Origin: a virus
Strand: one strand, 5' to 3'
DNA: 57,475 nt
IMG/VR virus record: IMGVR_UViG_3300029536_000010
Span: 1-57,475 of that record
Shown: positions 26,563 to 35,268 of the stretch, in pieces
Position numbering within the stretch: position 1 is the first letter of the stretch
How the letters are laid out: each line of letters begins with the position of its first letter
Position numbers and translations under genes: made by a program
Notes under the pieces: model-generated
Told to the model about the DNA's origin: nothing
The model's input: the letters and a program-made list of their open reading frames with translations, nothing else
Database searches by the model: none

Positions 26563-27354
26563 TTAAGCAACTCCGTAATGGATAGCCATTTCTTTCACAA
26601 TAGCTGTATATCCCTCGATTAACTTTTTATCGTCTGCGATGATGTCAACATAAGATAACTTGTCTCTCTTTGATTTGCTTACTCCTTCGTCAGCCATCCT
26701 TCTTCTTTTGTTCGTCAATCGCTGTCCAAGGTTTACTCCGAATCGTTTCTGAAGCAATTCGTAGCTTTCGTTTCTTACCTGGCTGTAAGACTGACCACCA
26801 CCAAGCGATAATCCGATCTTCTTGAGAATCTTTCCTGTATCATCTCTCCACGAAGTTGTATTCAGCGAAACTACTTCTCTTATGGAATCTACTCTGTTCT
26901 CGACTTCCGCAATTTTCTCGGCTTGCCGTTTCTGTTCCAACTGCTGTTCCGCTACTGACTGGAAAATTTTATTAAACATTTGTAATTCCGGTGAAAGCTG
27001 TGACAGATCGATTGCTTTCTGCTTTACACGTTCTTCAACTGTCGCAAAATACTCCCTCGCCTGTTCCGCTTTCTCTCCGTTTCCTTTTACAGAAAGTTTC
27101 TTTGCGAAGTGAGCGGTCAACCGGTAATCTTTGACAACATTGCCCTCGACATCAATGTCGAACCCCCACCAATCCTCATTTTCTGTAGCAAATTCATTTT
27201 CTGTAATATTTGATTTCGCCCATCTTGAAAACTGACCTTGTGCCAGTTCTAAAAAACTATAAAGTTTTCTTGCCGTTGTCATTCCGTTTTCATCTACACC
27301 GAGTTCAACTTCTATTGGTGTGAGAAAACTTGTGGTTTGTTGTAATTCGTTCAT
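26563..27354 (-). CDS. AntA/AntB-type antirepressor with ORF6C-like C-terminus
   Basis: DENGMTTARKLYSFLELAQGQFSRWAKSNI...NEDWWGFDI...DYRLTAHFAKKLSVKGNGEKAEQAREYF. Confidence 0.9.
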   Translation of the reverse strand: MNELQQTTSFLTPIEVELGVDENGMTTARKLYSFLELAQGQFSRWAKSNITENEFATENEDWWGFDIDVEGNVVKDYRLTAHFAKKLSVKGNGEKAEQAREYFATVEERVKQKAIDLSQLSPELQMFNKIFQSVAEQQLEQKRQAEKIAEVENRVDSIREVVSLNTTSWRDDTGKILKKIGLSLGGGQSYSQVRNESYELLQKRFGVNLGQRLTNKRRRMADEGVSKSKRDKLSYVDIIADDKKLIEGYTAIVKEMAIHYGVA

Positions 27355-27402
27355 CTTGTCTCCTTTCTGTTGTGATATAATTCATACATCTGGTAAATGA
27401 AG

Positions 27403-27573
27403 TTACAGAAATATTGGCATTTTTACTGCAAGAAAAGCGAAGACAAATCCCAACATAATATTCATTAGCAATCCTACAATCCCCCAGCCGTATTCACTTT
27501 TTCCATGCCAATATGACATAATGCAAAAAAGTGTATTTATAATCCACACCGGTATAATATTTAACGTGTTCAC
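27403..27573 (-). CDS. Small membrane protein, GTG start (56 aa, missed by the ORF track)
   Basis: My translation: MNTLNIIPVWIINTLFCIMSYWHGKSEYGWGIVGLLMNIMLGFVFAFLAVKMPIFL; AAAGGAG upstream. Confidence 0.5.
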   Translation of the reverse strand: MNTLNIIPVWIINTLFCIMSYWHGKSEYGWGIVGLLMNIMLGFVFAFLAVKMPIFL

Positions 27574-27582
27574 TTGTGATAC

Positions 27583-27629
27583 TCCTTTCTGTGCTATAAT
27601 GTCCCTATAAAACTTATAAGGAGGTGAAT
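27583..27629. promoter_or_regulatory. Copy 1 of duplicated bidirectional promoter/leader element
   Basis: TCCTTTCTGTGCTATAATGTCCCTATAAAACTTATAAGGAGGTGAAT. Confidence 0.7.
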
Positions 27630-27634
27630 TTAAA

Positions 27635-27823
27635 ATGGATAATAAACAACTTGCTTCTTCCTATGCAACAGCTAAGTGTTGTGGATTTACCGGTTCTTTC
27701 GATGAATTTAAGAAAATGTACGACCAATACTACTCTGAAATCATCGAAAATATAAAATCCGCAGAACCTTCTTTAGCAAAAGTAGAAGCAGTTCCTCATC
27801 CGTTTAAGAAGCATAATTTCTAA
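27635..27823 (+). CDS. Small hypothetical protein
   Basis: MDNKQLASSYATAKCCGFTGSFDEFKKMYDQYYSEIIENIKSAEP...; GGAGGTGAAT upstream. Confidence 0.65.
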   Translation: MDNKQLASSYATAKCCGFTGSFDEFKKMYDQYYSEIIENIKSAEPSLAKVEAVPHPFKKHNF

Positions 27824-28131
27824 CATTTTACTGCTTTCAAAGCGGATGAAAGGGCGGTAAGAACTTTAACTGAAAGTTCCAAGTTAGTTTCGTTAATTTT
27901 CTTATCGCCATTTACTACATCTGCATATCCTTCAATGATGTCAAAGCCAATATGCTCAATAAAATATTCTAATTTTAAGTACCTGTCATTCTCATCTTTC
28001 ACGGCAATTCTTGAATTTCCATATTTGTCTGTTAATAAGAATCTTTTAATTTCTTTTCCAGATTTTTTCTTCTTTGTCTTGGCCATCTTTTCACTCCTTT
28101 CTTCCTCCTTGTCGCTTATACTGCCATACAT
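27820..28131 (-). CDS. Hypothetical protein, converging on 27635..27823
   Basis: LLTDKYGNSRIAVKDENDRYLKLEYFIEHIGFDIIEGYADVVNG. Confidence 0.55.
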   Translation of the reverse strand: MYGSISDKEEERSEKMAKTKKKKSGKEIKRFLLTDKYGNSRIAVKDENDRYLKLEYFIEHIGFDIIEGYADVVNGDKKINETNLELSVKVLTALSSALKAVKC

Positions 28132-28317
28132 TTCTGAATTATTAGGATGATTTCAACCACTAATACGATAGACTGAACATACAGCGGAAAATTAGGAAAT
28201 CTTAATCTGAAACATAATCTACTACCTGGATGGTCTTTAGAATAATTTTTCCTTTCTTCCGGCGTAAGTTCGTGACCCGTTATTACGATTACGTTCTTTT
28301 TCATTCTCTCTCCTTTC

Positions 28318-28476
28318 TTATACTTTGGTCTCTTCTCTACTTTTGTCTTCCTCCTTGCTTTTTCCTTCATCAGCAAGGTTTTCAACTTTCCCCAAAAAGT
28401 ATCCTTTGTCAAATTCTGACATTTTAGGAATAGCTTTCTTGATTTTTTCAACAATAGCTTTTTCTTTCTCGCTCAT
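28318..28476 (-). CDS. Small phage protein (52 aa, missed by the ORF track)
   Basis: My translation: MSEKEKAIVEKIKKAIPKMSEFDKGYFLGKVENLADEGKSKEEDKSREETKV. Confidence 0.65.
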   Translation of the reverse strand: MSEKEKAIVEKIKKAIPKMSEFDKGYFLGKVENLADEGKSKEEDKSREETKV

Positions 28477-28485
28477 GTGATATCC

Positions 28486-28532
28486 TCCTTTCTGTGTTAT
28501 AATGTCCCTATAAAACTTATAGGGAGGTGAAT
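28486..28532. promoter_or_regulatory. Copy 2 of duplicated bidirectional promoter/leader element
   Basis: TCCTTTCTGTGTTATAATGTCCCTATAAAACTTATAGGGAGGTGAAT, 45/47 identical to copy 1. Confidence 0.7.
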
Positions 28533-28535
28533 CTT

Positions 28536-28754
28536 ATGAATACTATAGGAAGAAAAATAATATGTGGATACTGCAAGCAACAATCTTCTGATTATTCGAT
28601 TTCTATTAATATCATTTCTTCTGATACTAATGAATCTTCAGAAAAATACTATGGAACGTATGATTGCAAATATAAGCGTAGCGGCAACAAATGCAATCAA
28701 TATGTTTGCTCTGTCCTTGCTTCCAATAACATTTGTATCGGAAGTAAAATCTAA
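28536..28754 (+). CDS. Cys-rich small protein
   Basis: MNTIGRKIICGYCKQQSSDYSISINIISSDTNESSEKYYGTYDCKYKRSGNKCNQYVC. Confidence 0.6.
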   Translation: MNTIGRKIICGYCKQQSSDYSISINIISSDTNESSEKYYGTYDCKYKRSGNKCNQYVCSVLASNNICIGSKI

Positions 28755-28850
28755 TTTTTTCTCCCAGATGGTCATTTGTATCATCTGGGTGTATTTTTTC
28801 TCCACATTATATTTCTTCTTATACAGGCTCAATGAAATTAATAGCTCCAA
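28638..28850 (-). CDS. Possible membrane protein, antisense to 28536..28754
   Basis: C-terminal hydrophobic segment ANILIAFVAATLIFAIIRSIVFF; overlaps a plus-strand ORF. Confidence 0.35.
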   Translation of the reverse strand: MELLISLSLYKKKYNVEKKYTQMIQMTIWEKKLDFTSDTNVIGSKDRANILIAFVAATLIFAIIRSIVFF

Positions 28851-29061
28851 CTCCTTCCTGATACATCAAACATTTTGAGTCAATCGAAATATCAAATGCA
28901 TTTAAGTCTACAGTTAATGTCGGAACTGAATTAGGCTCTGTTTTAAACTCAAGCTTTCTTATGTTGCGTATTTCTGTTCCGTTAATAAACAAGTGCACAT
29001 TCGATATTGCTTCTCCTTCTTTTCTAGGCTTGATTTCGATTTTTTGGATTTCATGTTTCAT
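28819..29061 (-). CDS. Hypothetical early protein
   Basis: IEIKPRKEGEAISNVHLFINGTEIRNIRKLEFKTEP. Confidence 0.65.
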   Translation of the reverse strand: MKHEIQKIEIKPRKEGEAISNVHLFINGTEIRNIRKLEFKTEPNSVPTLTVDLNAFDISIDSKCLMYQEGVGAINFIEPV

Positions 29062-29105
29062 TTTTTTTCACCTCCTTGTTGATTATAAAACTATTTGTAG
29101 CTTTA

Positions 29106-29124
29106 AATCCTATATTTTAGGATT
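29106..29124. promoter_or_regulatory. Operator-like palindrome AATCCTA-N5-TAGGATT
   Basis: Perfect 7-bp arms overlapping the 3' end of the Cro-like gene. Confidence 0.7.
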
Positions 29125-29335
29125 CTCTATCCACAAAAATAAAGTCCATAGGAATACCAGAAAGTTCGCTGATAATTCTTAACTGACTTAAGTCCGGCTC
29201 CGTTTTACCTAACTCCCAGTTAGCTACAGTTGCTGTGGAAACGCCTACTTTCTCGGCAAATTCCCTTTGCTTCAACCTCGCATTAACTCTACACGCAGCT
29301 ATAGAAATCCTCGGAATCTTATATGTCTCTATCAT
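29117..29335 (-). CDS. Cro-like XRE regulator
   Basis: RLKQREFAEKVGVSTATVANWELGKTEPDLSQLRIISELSG. Confidence 0.85.
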   Translation of the reverse strand: MIETYKIPRISIAACRVNARLKQREFAEKVGVSTATVANWELGKTEPDLSQLRIISELSGIPMDFIFVDRES

Positions 29336-29365
29336 TTGCTTTCCTCCTTTCTTTAACTTATGCCT

Positions 29366-29460
29366 GTATTATAATCCTATATTTTCGTATTGTCAATACA
29401 GTGATTTAATTTTTTAGGATTCTTATTGAATTTTTTAGGATTCTGTGATATTATAATGAA
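29366..29460. promoter_or_regulatory. Divergent immunity promoters and operators
   Basis: Minus TTGACA-N17-TATAAT and plus TTGAAT-N17-TATTAT; TTTTTTAGGATTCT at 29410-29423 and 29431-29444 (21 bp apart); AATCCTA half-site at 29373. Confidence 0.8.
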
Positions 29461-29480
29461 CGTAGAAAGGAGGTGTTAAC

Positions 29481-29855
29481 ATGACCGATGAAGAACAGAG
29501 AAAAATCTTCGCAAAGAACCTGAACTACTACATTTCCAATAGTGGAAAGCAACAAAAGGAAGTTGCTGAAGAGTTAGGATTCCCACAAACAACATTTAAC
29601 ACTTGGTGTACAGGAAAGATAATGCCGAAGATGGGAAAGGTACAGGCAATAGCTGATTACTTTAAGGTTTTAAAATCAGACTTGATTGACGACAAAACAT
29701 TTAAGGAACCATCGGAAGAATTTCTCGAGATCGTCGCAAAATTAGGCACAGATGATGAACAATTTCAGAAAATTATAATTGATTATTATCATATGAGCAC
29801 AGAAAAAAAGAAAGTTTTTTGCGAGTTTTTCAATACTTTCGTTTCAGGCAATTAA
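29481..29855 (+). CDS. CI-like XRE repressor
   Basis: NSGKQQKEVAEELGFPQTTFNTWCTGKIMPKMGKVQAIADYF. Confidence 0.85.
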   Translation: MTDEEQRKIFAKNLNYYISNSGKQQKEVAEELGFPQTTFNTWCTGKIMPKMGKVQAIADYFKVLKSDLIDDKTFKEPSEEFLEIVAKLGTDDEQFQKIIIDYYHMSTEKKKVFCEFFNTFVSGN

Positions 29856-29872
29856 AAAAAGAAGGGGAGACA

Positions 29873-30076
29873 TTAAGTCTCCCTTTCCTTTTCTTCTCTA
29901 TAACACGCTTTGGCAAAATAAAATAACATTTTTAAATATTTTTCGCTTGTCATTGCGTTTACCGCTTCAAGAATTCGATTCCTGTAATATTCTTGCTGTT
30001 TTTTTTCATCCAAATGAATCCCTCCAGTTCCGATGCTGTGATGGTTTAAATTGTAGAACATATGTCTGCTTGTCAA
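29873..30076 (-). CDS. Hypothetical small protein
   Basis: LDEKKQQEYYRNRILEAVNAMTSEKYLKMLFYFAKACY. Confidence 0.5.
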   Translation of the reverse strand: MTSRHMFYNLNHHSIGTGGIHLDEKKQQEYYRNRILEAVNAMTSEKYLKMLFYFAKACYREEKERET

Positions 30077-30258
30077 ACATCTAAATCTTCAAGCGCATCT
30101 TTTATTATTACATAAATGAAGTGCATCGTTTTTACATCGTTAACTTTTAATAACATCCTCTTGATTTCTGATAAGTACATTTTTCTCCATCTGTCGTTGC
30201 TTTTCTGATTGATTTCTTTTACCGTCACGAAAATTCCTCCTTTGTTAAGTATTGACAA
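30073..30258 (-). CDS. Hypothetical small protein (DUF6133/RapA-like fold unknown)
   Basis: VKEINQKSNDRWRKMYLSEIKRMLLKVNDVKTMHFIYVIIKDAL. Confidence 0.45.
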   Translation of the reverse strand: MSILNKGGIFVTVKEINQKSNDRWRKMYLSEIKRMLLKVNDVKTMHFIYVIIKDALEDLDV

Positions 30259-30397
30259 GTTTTTAATACTGTTATAAAATTTCTTTATTCAATAATACTA
30301 TAAAGGTGGTGCATTTACTTATCTAATTTTAGCAACTTGATTTTATTTAATTTAATAATTAAGGTTAATATTCTAACCAAAAACAGGGGGCAATTGT

Positions 30398-31015
30398 ATG
30401 ACAAATCTTGATTTATTAGACAATTTTGCAAAAAATATCGAAATTGAACGAATTAAGTTGGGATATTCACAACAAGAATTCGCCAAGCTTTTAAACATTT
30501 CGTCTTCAACGTACAAAAACATAATCTCTCGTCGGACAAGCTCTGTAGACATTACACTCGTGCCAAAGATATACAGTCTTACTGGTAGATTATTGTTTGA
30601 ATTACTGGAATTGGATAGTATGGAATTGGAAATATTGAAAAAATACAGGCTATTAACTGAACGTCAAAAAGCTTATATTAGTGGAAAAATTGATTTTGAA
30701 CTTGAAATGAAAGCTGATGAAAAAGAATCGGATAATATGCTAGATGTTTTTGTGCTTACTGGTGACATGAAAGATGGCATGATACTTGATAGTTCAAATG
30801 AACAGCGAATATACTGCCCTGAATATATTAAGAAATACGGAAAAAAATTGCACTGTGGAATAAGGATAAATTCAAATCATTTAACCCCTGTTTATGTAAA
30901 AGGCGATATTGTTTGTGTGTCAAAGAAACCGCCAAGAGACGGTGATACATGCATTCTTATCAATAAACAGTCTGGGAAATGTTATATAAGACGAATGAGA
31001 CAAGGAGGAACGTGA
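30398..31015 (+). CDS. Second XRE-type repressor with S24/LexA-like C-terminal region
   Basis: RIKLGYSQQEFAKLLNISSSTYKNIISRRTSS; C-term LTPVYVKGDIVCVSKKPPRDGDTCILINKQSGKCYIRRM. Confidence 0.7.
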   Translation: MTNLDLLDNFAKNIEIERIKLGYSQQEFAKLLNISSSTYKNIISRRTSSVDITLVPKIYSLTGRLLFELLELDSMELEILKKYRLLTERQKAYISGKIDFELEMKADEKESDNMLDVFVLTGDMKDGMILDSSNEQRIYCPEYIKKYGKKLHCGIRINSNHLTPVYVKGDIVCVSKKPPRDGDTCILINKQSGKCYIRRMRQGGT

Positions 31016-31134
31016 AAAATGAAACCTATAAACGGATATGGGGATATCATAGAAATTGATACAAAAAATTATTCCGACATAAAGAATTGGATAGTATTCG
31101 GAATCGTGATCGCTGTATTGCGAAGATAATATAC

Positions 31135-31166
31135 CCAGCCCGTTTGCCGGACTGGGATTTTTTTAT
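31135..31166 (+). terminator. Rho-independent terminator
   Basis: CCCAGCCCGTTTGCCGGACTGGGATTTTTTT. Confidence 0.75.
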
Positions 31167-31676
31167 TTAAAAGCCGTATTTTGTTACTGCAACATCGTCT
31201 GACCAACAGCCGAATGTATCGTTATCGCCATAAGCTTTGACGCTTACTGTAGCTCCGTCCATCCCATCAGCAATAAAATCATCAGTGTAATTGGTAGAGT
31301 AAAATGCTGTATAAGTCGTATCGTATTCTTTCCATGTTCCATCAGCTTTTGTGATACGTACTTTGTAATACGTTGCATTTTCAACTTCTGACCACTTGAC
31401 TGCCACGTAACTGTAGTTAAAATACCTCGATGTGCTATTGTAATACGATGCATACTCCACAGTCGGAGTACCGAGGATGCATTTCTCAATCCAGTTTTTC
31501 GCAGCATTGCTGATAGCTTCTTTCAGAGCATCATCTGGCTCAAAGTTGATATCCGGAATTTCTACGGATGGCGGTTTAAGTGGTGGCGTACATGCCATGA
31601 CGGGCGTTACACTTGTGAGTGATAACGCAAGTACGCACGCTAAAGCTAAAATTCTTTTTCTTGTTTTCTTTTTCAT
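31167..31676 (-). CDS. Secreted/lipoprotein-like protein with Ig/Fn3-like region
   Basis: MKKKTRKRILALACVLALSLTSVTPVMAC signal/lipobox-like; VKWSEVENATYYKVRITKADGTWKEYDTTYT is Fn3-like. Confidence 0.6.
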   Translation of the reverse strand: MKKKTRKRILALACVLALSLTSVTPVMACTPPLKPPSVEIPDINFEPDDALKEAISNAAKNWIEKCILGTPTVEYASYYNSTSRYFNYSYVAVKWSEVENATYYKVRITKADGTWKEYDTTYTAFYSTNYTDDFIADGMDGATVSVKAYGDNDTFGCWSDDVAVTKYGF

Positions 31677-31682
31677 AATTCT

Positions 31683-32297
31683 TTACCCCCTAACGGCAAC
31701 TGGGAAACATAATACTCTTGACTGAAACTTTGTCCATGAACCAGAATCTTTATAACTGGAAACAGCGATTGTATCACCATAACTGCACAATCCCATAAAA
31801 ACAGACGATATTTTATTGTTATTTCCGTCCTGTCCAATGATAACGTCATTAAGTTTGCAAGTTATCTCTTGTTTGCTGTTATTAGAATCTAAAGTCGCAG
31901 ATACAGTAACAATAAAGGCATAGTTAATGCCTTCTACGAAACTGGTTATATGTGACGTTTCCCACGTTACGCCACCGACCGTGTCTGATTCAGCAAACGG
32001 AAGACTAAGTTTTGACATAAGTGTTTTTATGGCAAGTGCTCCAACAAATTTACTTACGCCTTGATTCAAATTTATGTCAGACAAATCATTCATTAAGTCG
32101 TTCTTATCTGCACTTTCGTTGATAGCTGTAGCGAACGAATTAAGTTCAGCTGCGCCAAAATTATCACCAGTCTGTGTGTACGGAGTAACGTCTTCAAATG
32201 AAACTGTTCCGTCACTATTGTTCGTCATTTTGAATTTTCGATTTCCAGAGTATGCATCGTTTTTGTAGTTTGTTTTTAAAGTTGCTTTTGAAGCCAT
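31683..32297 (-). CDS. Tail fibre/tail-tip associated protein
   Basis: Position after tail tip; GDNFGAAELNSFATAINESADKND. Confidence 0.5.
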   Translation of the reverse strand: MASKATLKTNYKNDAYSGNRKFKMTNNSDGTVSFEDVTPYTQTGDNFGAAELNSFATAINESADKNDLMNDLSDINLNQGVSKFVGALAIKTLMSKLSLPFAESDTVGGVTWETSHITSFVEGINYAFIVTVSATLDSNNSKQEITCKLNDVIIGQDGNNNKISSVFMGLCSYGDTIAVSSYKDSGSWTKFQSRVLCFPVAVRG

Positions 32298-32707
32298 TAA
32301 AATCTCTCCTCCTTATATCTTCCAAGTTTGAATGGAATTCTACGTACCATATTCGCCTGATCTTCAATCATTGTCTTTAATTCCGCACAGGCTTTTTCTA
32401 TCCTGTTCAGTTCTTGATACCCGATGAAAATACCATTTGCGTAGAATGTCTGATATGGTCCATAGTCTTTTGTGGAAACTTTATTCGCAATCGAAAGCAA
32501 ATTATGTTCAATCGCATTAAAATGATCTACATTCCAATAGCTAGCATAATTGTCCATATCAGAACCCATGTCTTCGATATCGAATCCTCCAAGCGTAGCC
32601 ACAGCAATTTCGTGTAAATACGCAATATTGTTTTTGATTCTGTTGAAGTCCTCAATATTAAATTTTGAATAAAGATTCCAATTTGTTTTTGGTGTACTCC
32701 ATGCCAT
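32297..32707 (-). CDS. Tail-module protein
   Basis: Overlapping start/stop with neighbours. Confidence 0.5.
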   Translation of the reverse strand: MAWSTPKTNWNLYSKFNIEDFNRIKNNIAYLHEIAVATLGGFDIEDMGSDMDNYASYWNVDHFNAIEHNLLSIANKVSTKDYGPYQTFYANGIFIGYQELNRIEKACAELKTMIEDQANMVRRIPFKLGRYKEERF

Positions 32708-35262
32708 TACATATCCACCTGCCTTGCTTTAATTTTTCCACTGAATCTTCCGTTAAACTCAATCTCGTTTTCGTAAGCCTGAATAAGTGCTGTCCTTCCG
32801 TTTTTCTTTTCAAGATAAAACGCGTCATTTGCATCAACTCTAGGGTCTCCACGCCATTCCAAAGAGTAATCAATCACACTTGAATAATAGTCCTCAATCC
32901 ATTTTTCCAATTCCGGAGAATCTTCACTGATTAGAGGGTTTTCCCATTCTTGATATTTTTCACTCGTATTTGCCATATCTGTTTTCTGCGTTACAACGTA
33001 TTCTTTTCCAGAAACCGTTACCGTCACGTCCGCACTTGCGGTAACGCCAGTGAATTTTACTTTCACGTAAAAGTTTCCCCACTCCACAATTTCAGCCTTA
33101 ATCGCCGTGTTGTTTGTTGCTACGCTAAGACCGTAGGATGCATTACTGAAATATATCTCGTGTACTTGATTGTTTTCTGTAACCGTAACGTTTTCACTCA
33201 CGATTTCCTTACTTTCTTCGGATGTTTCGGAGTAGACAGTTTTCACAAGTGCGACTTTGTGCGCCCTATTTTCAAGCGTACACTCTGGATAATCGCTCAA
33301 ATCATTTCTGCGAATTGTGTAGTTTGCCGGGTCGCCAATCATAAGATAATCAACAGCAACTCTCGCGTTTTTTGCACCTTTCGTAAATTCGATCTCTGCT
33401 TTATCAATGTAACCGAAGTCTTTTTCCAGTTTGTACGAACCACCACTGAAAGGTGCCTTGTATGTCTCCGTAATTTTCGGATAGTCAGACCTTCCACTAT
33501 CTACCCAATAGGAAATCGCAAAATACTTACTTTTCTCTGTAGGAGTAAAAAGTGTATTCTCTACTCCACCAGCTCCTTCCAGCCGGTTTTTATCAGCATC
33601 ATATATGCAAAAATTGAAATAACTAGTTCCATCATTTTGAAAGCGAATGGAGATAACATCATCTGTTATTTCAATGTAATCCGAAGCATAATATGTGCCA
33701 GCTAGCGAAACGTTAGTTGATAAAAACTTACCAGTACTAGGGTCTAGTTTTTTAAACATAGTAGTTTTAAGTTTTCCATAAACCCTTGTTTTCTCTTCGA
33801 AAAGGTCCTTTGTGATGGTTTCTTGCAACTTACCCTTTAGATATGTTCTTATCACAAACTGTTCCGGAGATATACCTCTAAATTGTATATAAAGGTTGTA
33901 TGCACGAAACTCTGCTTCCGAAGTAAAAGTAATAATTGGATTCCCGAGAATGAATTCATTAGCTCCAATAGAAACTTTCTTACTTATGTACCCTGTATTT
34001 TTAACATCATTCGGGTCTAAAAACAGCAACGTTCCATCAACACTCGAAAAATTATAACTGGCGATCGCATAGGCATCTTTCTTATCATTTGTCAGAATGT
34101 TGTAAGATTTACTGTAGCTAGTCTCTCCATTTGTCGAGATTGATTTCTTTGGAATAAACGCCGGGACAATGTTTATTTTTCCTTTCCTATCCTCAAAAAT
34201 AGCACATCTTCCGGCATTTGCAATGGTCTGCAATGCTTCTGTGTGCCTTACAACCGGAATTGGGTTTTTGACCTTAACGTTCTTTAAGTAGTCATCCAAA
34301 ACGTACCTATCATTACTTATTCCAGCATCTTCCAAAACATCTACGGCAAGCTCGTAAAGAGAAATGCCATTCTTTACATATACTCCACGGTAGTATTTAT
34401 TAGACTGTGAACTGATATAGTCCGTGGCTTTAAATTCAACCGATATGTCATTTGAATTCCACGAATCCAGATAAGATACTATCTCCGGAAGCCATTCAAT
34501 ATTACCGTTTCCGTCAATGTCATATCCAAACTCGATTTTTAACTCTTGCCCTACTTTCAAGAATCCACTTGCGCTTTTAATGTTTTCCGCATCGAAGTAA
34601 TCATCTTGATTATCTAATGAAAGTGACACATCTCTACTCGGAAGTGTTTCGGAAATAGGTGACACAACATCAGTATTTGAGCAAGATAAGGTATTCGAGT
34701 TATCGAAGTACTTAACAACTCCAAAGTAAAGCGCATAGATACGCAATCTGTTTTCGCCATATTTCATTGTTTTTGGAGTAATCGTAATCTCGCTTACATT
34801 TTCAAATACATCTTCCGTAACAAAGGTGGATGATGTGTTGGAATAGTCCTTATTCACACTTCCACAAGTGATATTGAATTTTGTAGGGTAATTATCTCCA
34901 AAATCAATCGTAAGTCCTCTAATATCAAAACTGGCACCGCCAAATGTTATTTTGACTGCCTGTTTAATATCTTTGGTTACAACACCTGACACCATGTATT
35001 TAGCTGTGCTCAAAGTAGGACAAAAATACATGCTGCCATCAACTTTGGAAAAATCCTGTTCCGCTGTTGCGTAGATTGCTTTTGCTGCTTTTTTTGTGAA
35101 CACATCATTTCCATTTGAAAAAGCGGTGAACTCTGTATCATCACTAAACTTCGCTGTCTTTTGCGCTTCTGAATTAATAATACCAATCGAACCACGAATA
35201 TACGACCTGTTACGGAATGGAAGTTTCATAGACTCTATATATTTGTCACTTGCCTTTTGCAT
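32707..35262 (-). CDS. Tail tip/baseplate protein (Tal/receptor-binding-like)
   Basis: 851 aa, downstream of the tape measure and Dit-like gene. Confidence 0.7.
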   Translation of the reverse strand: MQKASDKYIESMKLPFRNRSYIRGSIGIINSEAQKTAKFSDDTEFTAFSNGNDVFTKKAAKAIYATAEQDFSKVDGSMYFCPTLSTAKYMVSGVVTKDIKQAVKITFGGASFDIRGLTIDFGDNYPTKFNITCGSVNKDYSNTSSTFVTEDVFENVSEITITPKTMKYGENRLRIYALYFGVVKYFDNSNTLSCSNTDVVSPISETLPSRDVSLSLDNQDDYFDAENIKSASGFLKVGQELKIEFGYDIDGNGNIEWLPEIVSYLDSWNSNDISVEFKATDYISSQSNKYYRGVYVKNGISLYELAVDVLEDAGISNDRYVLDDYLKNVKVKNPIPVVRHTEALQTIANAGRCAIFEDRKGKINIVPAFIPKKSISTNGETSYSKSYNILTNDKKDAYAIASYNFSSVDGTLLFLDPNDVKNTGYISKKVSIGANEFILGNPIITFTSEAEFRAYNLYIQFRGISPEQFVIRTYLKGKLQETITKDLFEEKTRVYGKLKTTMFKKLDPSTGKFLSTNVSLAGTYYASDYIEITDDVISIRFQNDGTSYFNFCIYDADKNRLEGAGGVENTLFTPTEKSKYFAISYWVDSGRSDYPKITETYKAPFSGGSYKLEKDFGYIDKAEIEFTKGAKNARVAVDYLMIGDPANYTIRRNDLSDYPECTLENRAHKVALVKTVYSETSEESKEIVSENVTVTENNQVHEIYFSNASYGLSVATNNTAIKAEIVEWGNFYVKVKFTGVTASADVTVTVSGKEYVVTQKTDMANTSEKYQEWENPLISEDSPELEKWIEDYYSSVIDYSLEWRGDPRVDANDAFYLEKKNGRTALIQAYENEIEFNGRFSGKIKARQVDM

Positions 35263-35268
35263 CTACTA

